Assembly (NCBI GenBank): GCA_030141605.1
Contig: JAQGDQ010000101.1
Location: forward strand, 321,797 to 385,796
Reading direction: 5' to 3'
DNA from: Tubiluchus corallicola
Lineage: Eukaryota; Animalia; Priapulida
Length of the DNA: 64,000 nt
Made by a program: the position numbers and the translations under genes. Positions 1-12,446 of this stretch are shown in pieces. How positions within the stretch are numbered: position 1 is the first letter of the stretch; each line of letters starts with the position of its first letter. The notes under the pieces are model-generated. The model was not told the DNA's origin and searched no databases. It saw only the letters and a program-made list of their open reading frames with translations.

Positions 1-2358
1 CTAGTCAGACTGGAAAGAAATAGTTGCGCATTTATACCTAGAAAAGGCAAAACAAAACACAAGTAACGAGAATCATATTTTTGCAAGAAAGACATTCTCA
101 GTTTTTTCAAAGATTCACGAAGGAGTATTTTTTAAATGATGAATGAGTTTGAGATGATAATAGTCGTACTCACGATTTGTTAAAGATAAAGGGACTGATT
201 TCGAACGTGAAGGCAAAGAGCATTTCGTGCTGAATTCTATGATTTTTTATTTGCCATTTAAGGTACATACTTATTTTTGAAACTGCTTAATTTTTTGTGC
301 CATTGTAGTTGACATTTGTAGGTTTTATTCAATTGTCGCAGCATCATTCAAAACAGCTGTTGAGTCTGGCAAACTGGTACTGAGAATGGCTATGAATCTA
401 GGGCCTCCAAGCACATTTTAGGATACACTCGCAGGTGGTTGCAGGGCTTTGCAGGTTTTAAGTCTGCAGCAAATCCCAACATGAAGGCTCAAGTTAAAAA
501 ACTTGAGAGGAGACAGAACACGCATCTGAAACCTGACAGTCCGCCACCAGATTTATATGACACTTCATGGTATCTTAAGTAGAACTCATGTGCTTATTTT
601 GTCTTTAGTATTATGGTGTGATTCTAGCCAATGTGCTACTTAAACGACTATAGCTAAGAACAATTTTTATGTCAGGTGGCCCAGAACAATTCTATCGAAG
701 TTCAGATTACAATAATATTAACAGCATGTGTCAGAACAATGTCAGTTATAATCATCAGTGTTGCCGTGTAAATCCTTTAATACAAGGGACAAAAGCATAA
801 ACACAGTTTACGTCATGGTCTTCATCACAGGAAATAAAACATTGATAAAGATTCGTTGCTAAAACAAAATATAACTTAATTCTGTGAATTACGGTCCATG
901 TATCTGGAACTTCCTTAAAGTGAAAGTGTACAATTGCCGCGCAGAGCCGTTTGATGCAAAGTAACTAAAGGCAAAAATCGCTGAGTGCTGGGAGCGAGGA
1001 AGTGAGAAACAGTGTCAGCTGTTGGAATAAATGCCTTCGTCTACTTTATGAAGTTGGCGGACGCCTAGAGCTCTTGCTGGAAAATTTAACAATAGTGATA
1101 CAATTTTTTTTCCAGCTCTTAGTTTTTTATTTATTTATGTAAAGCATATCTATCTTTGGGTAACTTTAAGGATTGTCCTAAAATTTTAGTATTTATATAA
1201 ATATCTGTATCATCGACTATAAAATATTTTTCACAATGTCGTCATCAAAACTTCAGCACATTTTTTTACGCCACTATATATATTTTATTGTGCAATTATA
1301 GGTTACCAGATGATCTTGTAATGTCATTCATACTTGTATATGAAGCATCTTAGGGATTTTTTTTCTTAAGCAAATGATTTTGAAATAAACGATTTCCATT
1401 GCGGGGGGTCAAACTGCTAGTCAGACTGGAAAGAAATAGTTGCGCATTTATACCTAGAAAAGGCAAAACAAAACACAAGTAACGAGAATCATATTTTTGC
1501 AAGAAAGACATTCTCAGTTTTTTCAAAGATTCACGAAGGAGCATTTTTTAAATAATGAATGAGTTTGAGATGATAATAGTCGTACTCACGATTTGTTAAA
1601 GATAAAGGGACTGATTTCGAACGTGAAGGCAAAGAGCATTTCGTGCTGAATTCTATGATTTTTTATTTGCCATTTAAGGTACATACTTATTTTTGAAACT
1701 GCTTAATTTTTTGTGCCATTGTAGTTGACATTTGTAGGTTTTATTCAATTGTCGCAGCATCATTCAAAACCTCTGTTGAGTCTGGCAAACTGGTAACGAG
1801 GATGGTTATGAATCTAGGGCCTCCAAGCACATTTTAGGATACACTCGCAGGTGGTTGCAGGGCTTTGCAGGTTTTAAGTCTGCAGCAAATCCCAACATGA
1901 AGGCTCAAGTTAAAAAACTTGAGAGGAGACAGAACACGCATCTGAAACCTGACAGTCCGCCACCAGATTTATATGACACTTCATGGTATCTTAAGTAGAA
2001 CTCATGTGCTTATTTTGTATTTAGTATTATGGTGTGATTCTGGCCAATGTACTACTTAAACGATTATAGCTAAGAACAATTAGTATGCTAGGTGACCCAG
2101 AACAATTCTATCGAAGCTCAGATTACAATAATATTAACAGCATGTGTCAGAACAATGTCAGTTATAATCATCAGTGTTGCCGTGTAAATCCTTTAATACA
2201 AGGGACAAAAGCATAAACAAATCAAACAGTTTACGTCATGGTCTTCATCACAGGAAATAAAACATTGATAAAGATTCGTTGCTAAAACAAAATGTAACTT
2301 AATTCTGTGAATTACGACACATGTATCTGGTACTTGCTTAAAGAGAAAGTGTACAATT
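1..2358. repeat. Tandem duplication with period 1416 bp (copy 1 = 1-1416, copy 2 from 1417 with an internal deletion of ~445 bp)
   Basis: CTAGTCAGACTGGAAAGAAATAG occurs at 1 and again at 1417, and the copies stay near-identical to ~935/2358. Copy 2 then jumps from GTACAATT directly to AAATAAACGATTT. Confidence 0.93.
880..1090 (+). mobile_element. Tc1/mariner-like transposase C-terminal relic (second copy at ~17320-17515)
   Basis: Frameshifted translation IWNFLKVKVYNCRAEPFDAK*LKAKIAECWE...RNSVSCWNKCLRLLYEVGGRLELLL resembles the WxxLKxxVY...L+xxI...W...GG tail of Tc1/mariner transposases. Confidence 0.5.
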
Positions 2359-3129
2359 TAAAATAAACGATTTTCATTGCGGGTGGAATGTTATTATTAT
2401 GTGTAGAAGTATAATAAAAATGAGTTTAGACTAAGTGAAAAAAAATTGTGATAAATAGTTATGAAATTGCGTCCATACTACTTTTTCAATTCGAACATTT
2501 CTCAATTGCATATAAGCCACTCTCACAGAATCTTCATCAGAATTTACTGTGAAAGCCTTATCATAACTGAGAAACTATAAAGTTCACATTAAACACTACC
2601 CAGCGGTTTATCTTACTTAGCGCAGCTTCATCAAATTAAGTAAGGTGACGTTATGGTCATTATCAGAAATGGAAAATTTTCGTCATTTGTGCCATGGCAG
2701 TGTAACTCAAAAACCTGACTGCTTGCTTTTTTTCAATGAGGATGTTACATGGCTACAAGTTAGCTTGCAAACTCAAATGGGGGATTTGAAGATGAGGCTG
2801 ATGTTATTGGTTCAACCAAAGAGGAAAAGGTGACACGTCTTAAATCCCTATAATATATATAGGTCGGTGGGTTTGCATTACTTCGCCACTTAACTACATG
2901 ATATTCGAAATAATTCAGCCTCCTTTCTGCCAGTTCGAGACCTCTTTCCCAGATATTATATCGTCAGATAAACCAAATTTCAGTTCATAAACCTAAGTAG
3001 TATTAAGATCAATCCAGACAAATGGCCTCTCAGGCTTTATCAACGTGTTCTATCTCACCTGTAAGACAATTAAATGCGTAAATATGGCAAGCTCATTTAT
3101 AAGGATGAAAATGTTGAAGGTGATGAAGA

Positions 3130-3810
3130 CTCACATAGTATTGTTGCAGTCAAATTATTCAACACTTTAATTAAGCAATTTCTTTGTATGGCAGCGAAGT
3201 GTGGGGACATTTTAGTACAAACCTTTCTAATGTGTTTTCACGATATACTGCAACTGAAGCATTGAATCTGAAACTATGTCATAGATTACAAAAGGTGAAC
3301 TGTAAAACTATAAAGAATGCAGCACGAGCCGAGTTGGGACAATATCCTCTCTGTGCTGATATAATATGCCATTGCTATAAGCTTCTGGTTGCACGTGGTG
3401 TATATGTGGGTTAAATTTGTTAAAGATATCTTAAGCTCTACCAGACTTAGACAGATCTGGGATAATAAGGAAAGTAACAATGTAAACAAGATATATAGCA
3501 AAAGCTTAAACTAAAACTTGAAAGTAAGTTTTTGTTCAAATGGAGAGATGATGACAATAGAGCACCTAATGATAAAAATCCATGGAAGGAAATAAATTGA
3601 GAATCTGTTGCAAAATAAAAATCTTATGTTATTGAGAATTACTTCCTCACCAACACCTTGTCCTCTGAAACTAAAACAGCTTTTCGTAAACTACAAATGA
3701 GTACCCATTTTCTAGCCATTGAAACAGGAAGGCATCACAAACCGTATAAGTTACGGATAAACGAAAGAATTGTAAACATTTGAAGATGAATTACACATTG
3801 ATATATTGTC
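3130..3810 (+). mobile_element. Degraded non-LTR retrotransposon (LINE) ORF2 3' region
   Basis: Segments KLFNTLIK...YGSEVWG...NAARAELGQYPL...HFLAIETGRH...EDELH are typical of the post-RT region of LINE ORF2. Stops and frameshifts are present. Confidence 0.7.
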
Positions 3811-4506
3811 ACTGAAGAGTCTGGACTCTGCACGTCGTCTTCATCAGACTCTTGCATATCTTCCTCCTCTGACACTAGTTCATCAGGCTGAGTTGAAGAA
3901 TCTAGAGTAGCTGTTTTTCCGTACAGCATATCATAAGTACAACAATGCTGATAATCAATAATTTATACAATTTGCTGAATTAATAATGACAAAATTACCG
4001 GGTCCACTCCCGAAAATGAACAATCAGTATGCTGTGACAAGCATGCGACGCAATTGGCTGTTGAGTTTGAGTTTGGCAGTTTTTGTTTGATGAATTCAAG
4101 ATGGTTTGATATCATCAAACTTTGTTTGTGAAACTAAAACTGGCAATCTAGCTTGAAATCTAGCTAGCGAAAAAAACTGATCATCTAAATGGCACTTAAA
4201 CCGTACCATGCACATCCTCTATATAATAAGTGCATCAACATGTTTAAGATAAGTCAGTGTTTCCTTGCATATTAAGATGAAATGAAAAGCTTTGGCTGAT
4301 GGATAAGATCACTCTAAGCTATTGCTACTGTATATAACTTGGTCATTGCTCTTTAGCACGTGCGACTAATTTGATGCACACGTTTAACGAATTAGTAGCT
4401 TTGATACATCAGCTTTCCAGTACATGTACAGCTCCACCCACTGGACCAATCAGCTCCCAGTCTAAGTTAGCCGATTAGAGCCAGATTTCATCTCAAACGG
4501 GCAAGG

Positions 4507-4620
4507 CAGCAGAAGACCATTGCTAGGCTTCCATGTCAGCAGAAGACCATTGCTAGGCTTTCATATCAGCAAAGGACTGTAGCTACACTTTCAAGTCAGC
4601 AGATGACAGTTGCTAGGTAA
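4507..4620. repeat. Minisatellite, 30-bp unit, about 4 copies
   Basis: CAGCAGAAGACCATTGCTAGGCTTYCATRT repeats head-to-tail with progressive divergence and no unique spacers. Confidence 0.85.
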
Positions 4621-5684
4621 AGTCTAGAGATAGGGTGATTGCATACCTAAAAATAAGTACTGCAGCAGAGCTCAAAATAGTAGGCATGAACAGTATATAA
4701 GATGCTGTTGGAGCTAGCAGTGACAGTTAGAACGACTTTTCAGGTTTTCTGCAGCTTTTTAATTTTTCGCAAAATTGGACACGAAGTTCTGTCATAGGAT
4801 TTAATAATTTTTACTAATGCGCATTTCAAACTGTAAGACATTTTGCTACAATTACTGGAATTTCTCAATGCCGTGTTTTGGACTTTTTTACATTTTTTCG
4901 GATAAAATGGAGCGAACACTAAACCAAGATTTAGCAATGAACTATTGGATTATTACCAGAAAATAATTTGGATTAATCCGTGTGATTAATTAAACATTCA
5001 AATCATCAGTTGGATTAATATTTTGAAAAACGACAGAGTGCTCAAAATTACAGTATTTGGATTACATGTATTTGGACTACCATTGCGGATATAACTAGTG
5101 CACGGATTACATACAGTGTGGATCAGACATATTTGGCTTTCCATCACAGATTGGATTACTGAACAGACTGGTAACTACGACATGTTGGTGAGTGAGGCAA
5201 AAATTTATTACACTGCACATTATTGATTGTATTGGCCCACCCACTTCTTTAATGGTGTGTATGCTAAGGGGATTGGTTAAAACATCCCAGACATAATTCA
5301 TCATAATCGATAAGTAGCAGTTGTCATGTTACTAATAAAAAAGATTCATTCGGATTCGAACTCGTTTTTCTCTCATATCGTCGACGTTGACACTAATTTT
5401 TGCTGCAGTTGTAGTACTGTAGAATACCTTGTAGTAGTTGCAGTATTGTAGTATTTGCTGCTGTTGTAGTATTGTAGACTGATTTTGTTTCTATTCCTAA
5501 GGGCGAAATTCTTGTTTTGCTATTCCAGTTTAGTGACATTCATTCTATCAAGTAGATAAGCCAGTAGAATGTACTTCTACTATAGCACAAAACAAAAAGA
5601 TATAAGGAGAATTTAACGAGAAGATTTCCGCTATTGACTAAAAATCGAGAAGACCGAATACGCCGAGAACAAATCACCAAATGA

Positions 5685-6915
5685 TTAGGAATGAGATCAC
5701 CAGATGAATACATGCAAAAAACTGGCACAACCGCGAGATGCTAGATTGTATGTAAGAAACCAGTACAAACTCAAATTGTATGACTAGTCAATCTGACAAG
5801 GTTGTAATATATTGCCGACAACGAATGGCCGAAAAAAAATCAAAATTATTCAAATTTGAAAGGCCGAAACAAACATTGAGCAAAAAAGAAAATACTGGCA
5901 ACAGTATTGTTTACTATAGAAATCAATGAATTAACAAAAGAACCACAGTTATATAATATCACGCATTCGCATTTAAGAGAAAGAGTTAAAAGATTATTCA
6001 TCGCTAATCGAGATTGTTTCACGATAAGAGGCTGACTTAATTGGTACAACATAGGCAGAATTTAAAATACGTCTCACGGGTGATTGTTGTGCATACCATG
6101 TGCCGATACACTTGGAAAAAGTTGTGGGTGAGACAATTGATTCACTTTTAGAAGCTGGTATTATAAGTCCATTTGACGTACCGTACAGTTGCCCCGCACT
6201 ATTAATCTTTTGCAACGTTGGATGATGGCATTGTCTGAATCTGACTTTCCTTTGCACTACATACCTGGACGATAAAACGTAGTAGCAGGTGGATTAACGG
6301 CAATGAACCCGGTACCGGAAACTCCATCGACTGTACCAACTTTTCAAGAGTATCAGAGATAATTTGATTTACTGAATACCACTGGAGAGATACAGAAACA
6401 CCTGGAAAAGGCGAACCAAGTCTACTAATACAAAGCAAACGACGCAAGAAATGCAAAAATACATAAGTGACGAAGACACAGGCCAAGAAAGCCTGCGTTT
6501 TGATCAAAATGAACCTGAATTAATGACAGAAAGAAAGACTGTAATACCTTGGGACCTACAGCAAGAAGAAATTTAGAGACACACCAGATGTCTTAGATGC
6601 ACTGGATCAGGCACAGTCAAATAATACTTATCGTTAGGGGGCGAACAGTTAAATGAACAAATGCAGACTAATGCACAAGAATAACATCTACGAGCAAATC
6701 TCAACCTCGTATTAAAATGGCAAGCTGGGGATGAACATTTAGCTCAAATTACCCATAATCTTGCCTAGCCTGTCAACACTAAACAACAAAATCAAGATAT
6801 AGAAAAATTCTTTAAAGCAGAAGACAATTTGCTATATAACATTGCTAAAAAATTGTGCTATTAAAATTTGGTTGTAGATACCAACAATGTTAAATATTAA
6901 ACGAAAGGGTGCCAT
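5685..6915 (+). mobile_element. Internally deleted Ty3/Gypsy pol relic (duplicated at 12447-13677)
   Basis: The + strand translates to AYHVPIHLEKVVGETIDSLLEAGIISPFDVPYSCPA (RT N-terminus), joined to LQRWMMALSESDFPLHYIPGR*NVVA (RNase H C-terminus). A purine tract AAACGAAAGGG lies at ~6899-6909. Confidence 0.7.
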
Positions 6916-6967
6916 TATGATATTCATGTCTTTATTATTACGGTGTGGTTCGAGCCGTAATAATAAA

Positions 6968-7359
6968 TGTGACGGGAACACAAAGAATTTCCTTCATGGC
7001 ATAGTGTGTCTCAGAAATCTTTATTTCTGTATATACAAAAAATGAAAATAATAAATTTGACAGCTTCTCACTGCATACAAATGTATAATAAATTGATTAT
7101 TATAATTTAAGATATTAAATTAAATGTTACTTACATCGTGCGGCTATAAAACTTAATAGATTCTTGAAACGTTGTACAGGTTAACGGCAAATCAGGTAGA
7201 GACACTATACTTAAACATTATCAAACATTACTTAACATTTGCCGAGCCTTGTGTCAGCGTGTTTAGCGAGGCACCCAATTTACCACTTCACAGGTAAAAA
7301 TCAGGTAAGTTCCATAGGTGCTGCCACCTACATGTTAAGGCCAGAAACTGACCTTAACA
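6968..7359 (-). repeat. BEL/Pao 3' LTR (392 bp)
   Basis: TG...CA termini. Near-identical to 13730-14121 (one substitution seen, ACGTTGTAC vs ACGTCGTAC). Preceded on the minus strand by a PPT. Confidence 0.92.
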
Positions 7360-7412
7360 CACCCCCTTTAAATGGGACTTGAGTGCCATTTCCCACTAAA
7401 AGAATAACAAAA

Positions 7413-9329
7413 TTAATCTGCTTTTTCAATTAAACATAATTTGTGTATAGGTCGGGTTAGAAGCGTATTTTTGGTCTTTATGGTTGCAGAGCGGACGCAT
7501 CCATCATCACTTGTCTTGACATCTGTAATTCGCCCAAGTATCCACTGGCTTCGTTGGACATTATCGCTTACCAAAACTATGTCTCCCACTTTCAGATTTT
7601 CTTTGCTTCGTAACCATTTTGTTCGCAGTTGTAACGTTGGCAAGTATTCACGATACCATCTTGTCCAGAATAAGTCTGCCATGTACTGGACTTGGCGCCA
7701 CTTCTTTTTGTATTGGTCCTTTACTTCGAAGTTGCCAGGCGGCAGTGCGGGATTTGGTCGAAGCAGCAACAAATGGTTTGGTGTCAGAGCTTCTAAGTCA
7801 TTTGGATCTTCTGAAACAATGGTAAGGGGCCGGCTATTTAAAATGGCCTCTACTAGACAGAATAGTGTACTAAGTCTTTCGTCATCCAGTGTTTGCTGTT
7901 CCAAGATACTGACTAAAACTTTCCTTACACTTCTAATCATGCGCTCAAAGAAGCCACCAAAATGGCTAGCTGAAGCAGGGTTGAAGATCCATTCTATATT
8001 TTTCTGACATAGAGTGCTTTGAATTTGACTTTGGTTCCATTCGGTTATAGAATTCTGAAGCTCCTTTTGGGCGCCAACAAAATTTGTACCTTGATCAGAC
8101 CTGATTAGTCTTGGTGGACCTCTTCGGCTTAGGAAACGTTGCAGTGCTTGAATGAAAGAGCTGGTTTCGAGGGTGTGTAGAATCTCTAGGTGAACTGCTC
8201 TAGTGGTGGTGCAAGTAAAAATGCAGCCATATCGCTTAGCTTTTGCACGCCCTCTGACAACATAAAAGGTTCCGAAGCAGTCTACACCTACACATTCGAA
8301 AGCGTGAGTTCCTTCTACACGATCAGCTGGCAAATCTGCCATTTTCTGGCTCTCCAGGGGTGCATAGAGACGACGGCACTTACGACAATCTTTTAATAGT
8401 TTCTTTGTAAGTGTCCGTCCTCGAATAATCCAGTAAGCAGAGCGAACTAACGAGAGCACATGTTCTCTTCCAATGTGACCATTGGCTTCATGGTAATGAC
8501 GGATTATTAAGGTTGAAACATGATGCTCTTTAGGAAGTACTGCAGGATGTTTGGCAGCTTCAGGTAGCACTGCATTTCTAAGTCGCCCTCCAACAACAAT
8601 GAGGTTGTCCTTGGACAGGACAGGATTTAACTTTGCTATCTTGCTCGATTTGGAGACAGCTTGTCCTGCAGATAAGGTTTTGTATTCCTGAGTAAAGTGT
8701 TGGAGTTGGATATAGCCGAGAATCGCCTTTTCCGCTTGCTCCAACTCTGAAACAGAAATCTCTGTATTATAGCATTGAGAGGATGGGATCTTCGCGATTT
8801 TGTTCTTCAAAATGGCTTTCACTCGCAAAAACCACGTGACTGTTTTTTTAAGTTTGTAGAAGCTACTATAATATTCCATAAGCTTGTCAGTAGCTTCTGA
8901 CTTCGAAGGGTTAGCTTCACACAATAAGACTTTAACACTTTGCTTTATCTCATTGTCGTGACTATCCACTGTGGGCAGAACTGTTTGAACTGGCCATTCT
9001 GGTTCAGGTTTGTATAGAAATTCTGGGCCATGCAGCCATCTGACATTCGTGATTAAATCTCTTGCGGACAAACCTCGCGATGCATCATTTGCTGGATTTT
9101 CATCTCCAGAGACATGCCTCCATTGGCTGGGAACTGTTAAGCCGTGTATGGTAGCTAACCGGTTAGCCACAAAGGTTTTGTACCTGGCCCTTTCATTGTT
9201 GATATAGCCAAGAACAATTGTGCTGTCAACCCAAAATGTAGAAGTACCTATAGGAATGCTTAATTCCTTCCGTACCATGGAATCAACTTTTGCTGCAAGC
9301 ACAGCAGCTGACAGTTCGAGGCGTGGCAA
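7413..9329 (-). CDS. pol: BEL/Pao pol C-terminal part: end of RNase H, integrase (HHCC, DDE core) and C-terminal domain
   Basis: PRLELSAA, FWVDSTIVL, HVSGDENPANDASRG, HEANGH...CRKC, GVDCFG, SDQGTNF, ERMIRSV, LTPNHLL, RPIHKLC. Joined to the upstream ORF by a 1-nt frameshift near 9340 (TPLRK/VTLPRLEL). Confidence 0.93.
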   Translation of the reverse strand: MPRLELSAAVLAAKVDSMVRKELSIPIGTSTFWVDSTIVLGYINNERARYKTFVANRLATIHGLTVPSQWRHVSGDENPANDASRGLSARDLITNVRWLHGPEFLYKPEPEWPVQTVLPTVDSHDNEIKQSVKVLLCEANPSKSEATDKLMEYYSSFYKLKKTVTWFLRVKAILKNKIAKIPSSQCYNTEISVSELEQAEKAILGYIQLQHFTQEYKTLSAGQAVSKSSKIAKLNPVLSKDNLIVVGGRLRNAVLPEAAKHPAVLPKEHHVSTLIIRHYHEANGHIGREHVLSLVRSAYWIIRGRTLTKKLLKDCRKCRRLYAPLESQKMADLPADRVEGTHAFECVGVDCFGTFYVVRGRAKAKRYGCIFTCTTTRAVHLEILHTLETSSFIQALQRFLSRRGPPRLIRSDQGTNFVGAQKELQNSITEWNQSQIQSTLCQKNIEWIFNPASASHFGGFFERMIRSVRKVLVSILEQQTLDDERLSTLFCLVEAILNSRPLTIVSEDPNDLEALTPNHLLLLRPNPALPPGNFEVKDQYKKKWRQVQYMADLFWTRWYREYLPTLQLRTKWLRSKENLKVGDIVLVSDNVQRSQWILGRITDVKTSDDGCVRSATIKTKNTLLTRPIHKLCLIEKAD

Positions 9330-11842
9330 AGTGACTTTCTTAAGGGGGTCAGTCTTGTTTTACTCATTACAAATGTACAGACGATATCTCCTGAAGCATT
9401 TGCTGATCTAAGATATGATACAGTTCCAAGGGCTCTTTCGGATGCATCCGGGAAATGATGAAGCTGGTATGAAACAGCGTCAAAGTTTGGTTTTGTAAAA
9501 CACCGACTCAGGTGCACATCTTTGATTAGGTCAAGTTCTTCTAACCATCTTTTCCATTGTTGTTTCACATGATCCTCCAAAGGTTCATCCCAGGATTTCT
9601 TCAATCGTGTTTCTTCCTGAAATAGTAACTTCGCTTGCAGGACATAGGGACTTATTATTCCCATAGGATCATATGATGAAGCTATTACACTCAAAAGACC
9701 ACGGCGTGTCATCGGTTTTTCTTTTTTCCTAACAAGAATACTAAAATGGTCTGCTTCCATGTTCCATGCAATGCCAAGAACCCGATCAACAGGCAAGGAT
9801 GAGTTATCTAAATCAATATCCTTCACTGATTTCCCTCTTTCTTCTGCAGGGATAGAGTTGAGAACTTCTCGGTCATTGCTGCACCATTTTGTTAAATGGA
9901 AGCCACCATGGTGAAGTAGACTGGTAAGGTCTTCTATCATTGCAATACCTTCCTGAGTTGTTGAAAGAGACTTAAGAAGATCGTCTACATAGAAATTGCT
10001 TATAACTGTTTGTTCCACGGTGCTGTTGTACAAAGCTCTGTTGTCCATGGCTGTTTTCTGGAGTGCATATGATGCAATACTTGGGCACCATATTCCGCCA
10101 AAAATATGGACTGTCATCCTGTATATTTTAGGTTTTAGTTCTATATTGCCTCCAGGCCACCAAAGGAAACGGAGTACATCTCTGTCAGCAGGAGTGACTC
10201 TCACCTGGTAAAACATACTCTGGATGTCAGCAGCAATTGCTATTTTACCTTCTCTAAATCTGAGCAGGACGCCAAGGAGCTTGTTGGTTAGATCAGGTCC
10301 TTGCATTACAATTTTGTTTAATGTTGTTCCAGCAAAGCTCACAGCGCAATCAAATACTACTCTTGTTTTCTCTGGCTTGCTCTCACTTTTAACATTAAAG
10401 TGTGGCAAATACCACACCTTGCCATCAGTGGTTGCAGCTTCCTCATTTACGGGTTCAGCATATCCTTTTTCGAGCAAGTCACTAATCTCTTTAGAGTATT
10501 TGTTGTGAAGGACCTCATCTTGTTTAAACTTCTTCTTCAAACCTTCAAGTCTCTTCTCTGCTACAGCTTTATTATTTGGCAAATCGGGAGATTCGCTTCT
10601 AAATGGGATATCCATCATATAGTGGTGGTCTTCAGTCAGTGTTGCGGATCTTTCCCAGATGTTAACAGTTCTTACATCTTCGACAGAAGGTTTATGGCTG
10701 TTATTTTCACAAGATTCTAGCTGCCAGAATCGCTCTACTTGTTGCTCCAGTGTTACAGGCTGCAAAATGCTAAGGTTACAACTGATATGCTCGGCTTCAG
10801 TTGGTCCAAGTGGTCCATTTAGGGTCCAACCCAAGACACTGAGCGATGCCCAAGGAGCATGTTTAGGTCCTTTTCTTATTTCAATTGGAGCAAGAGCTTC
10901 AGGCACATCTTGCCCTATGAGAAGGCCAAGTTCCAGAGACTGAGATCTGTCCTGGGCAATATAGAAGTCAATGCCTTGTAAGTGTGGCCAAGAGCTCAAG
11001 TTCTCATAAACAGGTAAATGCTCCATCTCTAACATAAGGGATGGTCTTGTAAAGACAAGAGGGAGATCTATGGTGACATTGTAGTTTGGATCAGACACTT
11101 GTAGTTTAGTGACTTTACTCTTCTTCTGGCTCTGTTTAGCATCAAGCGTTGTCAAAATTAATGTTTCTTCTCTGCCCTGAGCACCTAACTTTTCATATAT
11201 TTGGCTAGAGCAGAATGCATTTGTCGAACCAGGGTCAAGAAGTGCTAGTGTCTTTAATGGTTTACCACCTGGTATGTTAACAAATACTGGCAAGATAGGC
11301 AAAGCTACATTGCACTTAGAAGGCTCATGCGTCTTCTTTATGTAACCACTTTGGCAATTGTGCTCGCTATCTTCTTCTTTTAGTTTCTCGTTATCTTCTT
11401 CATTATTCTTCTTTTCTTTTTCTTCTCCACTATACGGCCTGCTGTTGGGTTTGTGTGTAGCAGCAGCAGTGCTAATATTTCCTCGCATATTCTGAGCATG
11501 CAAGAAAGTGGAATGTTTTCTCTTGCAAACGTCACAGCGATTGGCTGACCTACATGATGCACTACTGTGGTTAGGCTTCAGGCAATTAAAACATGTTTGT
11601 GTTGCTTGGCTACCTCTAGCCTTCCAGGTACAGTTAGCCTCTTGAACTTGAAGCATTTCTGAAGCCGATGTGCTTCAGAACACAGGGTACATGAAAGTGA
11701 AGTCTTCTCTTCAGATTTGTCAGGTTCACGTGTATGTGAACTAGCAAATGTTCCAGAACTAGCAAAAATGTTTACAGAATTAGACTTTGGTTTAGGCTTA
11801 TAGGTGTCCCTCCTCTCGGATGGTTTCCTATGAAACGTGGGA
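9260..11842 (-). pseudogene. pol: BEL/Pao gag C-terminus (Cys/His knuckles), aspartic protease, RT and RNase H; 5'-truncated and frameshifted
   Basis: CTLCSEAH...C / CFNCLKPNH...C / CDVCKRKH knuckles, with a frameshift at ~11600. Protease ALLDPGS; RT WYLPHF, ADIQSMF, FYVDD; RNase H HHFPDASE. Gag breaks off at ~11842. Confidence 0.92.
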
Positions 11843-12446
11843 TCATTTTTTGTATATACAGAAATAAAGATTCTGTATGCCATGAAGGAAATTCTTTGTG
11901 TTCCCGTCACATTTATTTATCAAGGCTATATTGGAGATAATTCAACGTCAGCCATAACCACCTGAGGTTTCATGCCATCGAGCCGCCCAAGTTGATCAAG
12001 GTCAGGAAGCCTACAGCACAGGTGTATAACTGCATGCCGGAAGTAGGACAGGAAATGCGTCTACGCTTCTCAGGCCTGTATTATGTGAATTGCCTATTGC
12101 CAAGACTTTTAAGAACTGTATCAGTATGGTGAACTGACCTGAAATACTAACCTACTGCATAAAATTATTGCGTTAATTTTGCGCATAAAGTTATTAAGCC
12201 ATTAAGACTTGTAAGATTCGCTTGGGCTGTTTAGTACTGAAGTATTGAAGTATTTAATAGTATTGAAGTTTTGAAATATTCACAGCCATACCAATTAAGA
12301 TTACATTTTATTTTCGACTTGGTATTATTTCCACATGTTAGTGTAGAGAATAACGTGAATTTCTACACTGTCAGATAATGCTTTGATTTGTTGTACAGTT
12401 TACCTAATTGCCTAAATACGAGTATTTGACAGCTTCTCACTGCACC

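Noticed and set aside
4507-4620. 30-bp repeats as a possible CRISPR array (also the 27-bp repeats at 53831-53914)
   Set aside because: The units are head-to-tail with no unique spacers, there are no cas genes, and the context is eukaryotic.
6916-6967. Hairpin as a parvovirus/densovirus terminal palindrome
   Set aside because: The adjacent coding remnants are Gypsy RT and RNase H, not NS1 or capsid.
7441-10943. Plus-strand ORFs overlapping BEL pol (e.g. 7441-8007, 10400-10720)
   Set aside because: Antisense shadows of the pol frame with no independent motifs.
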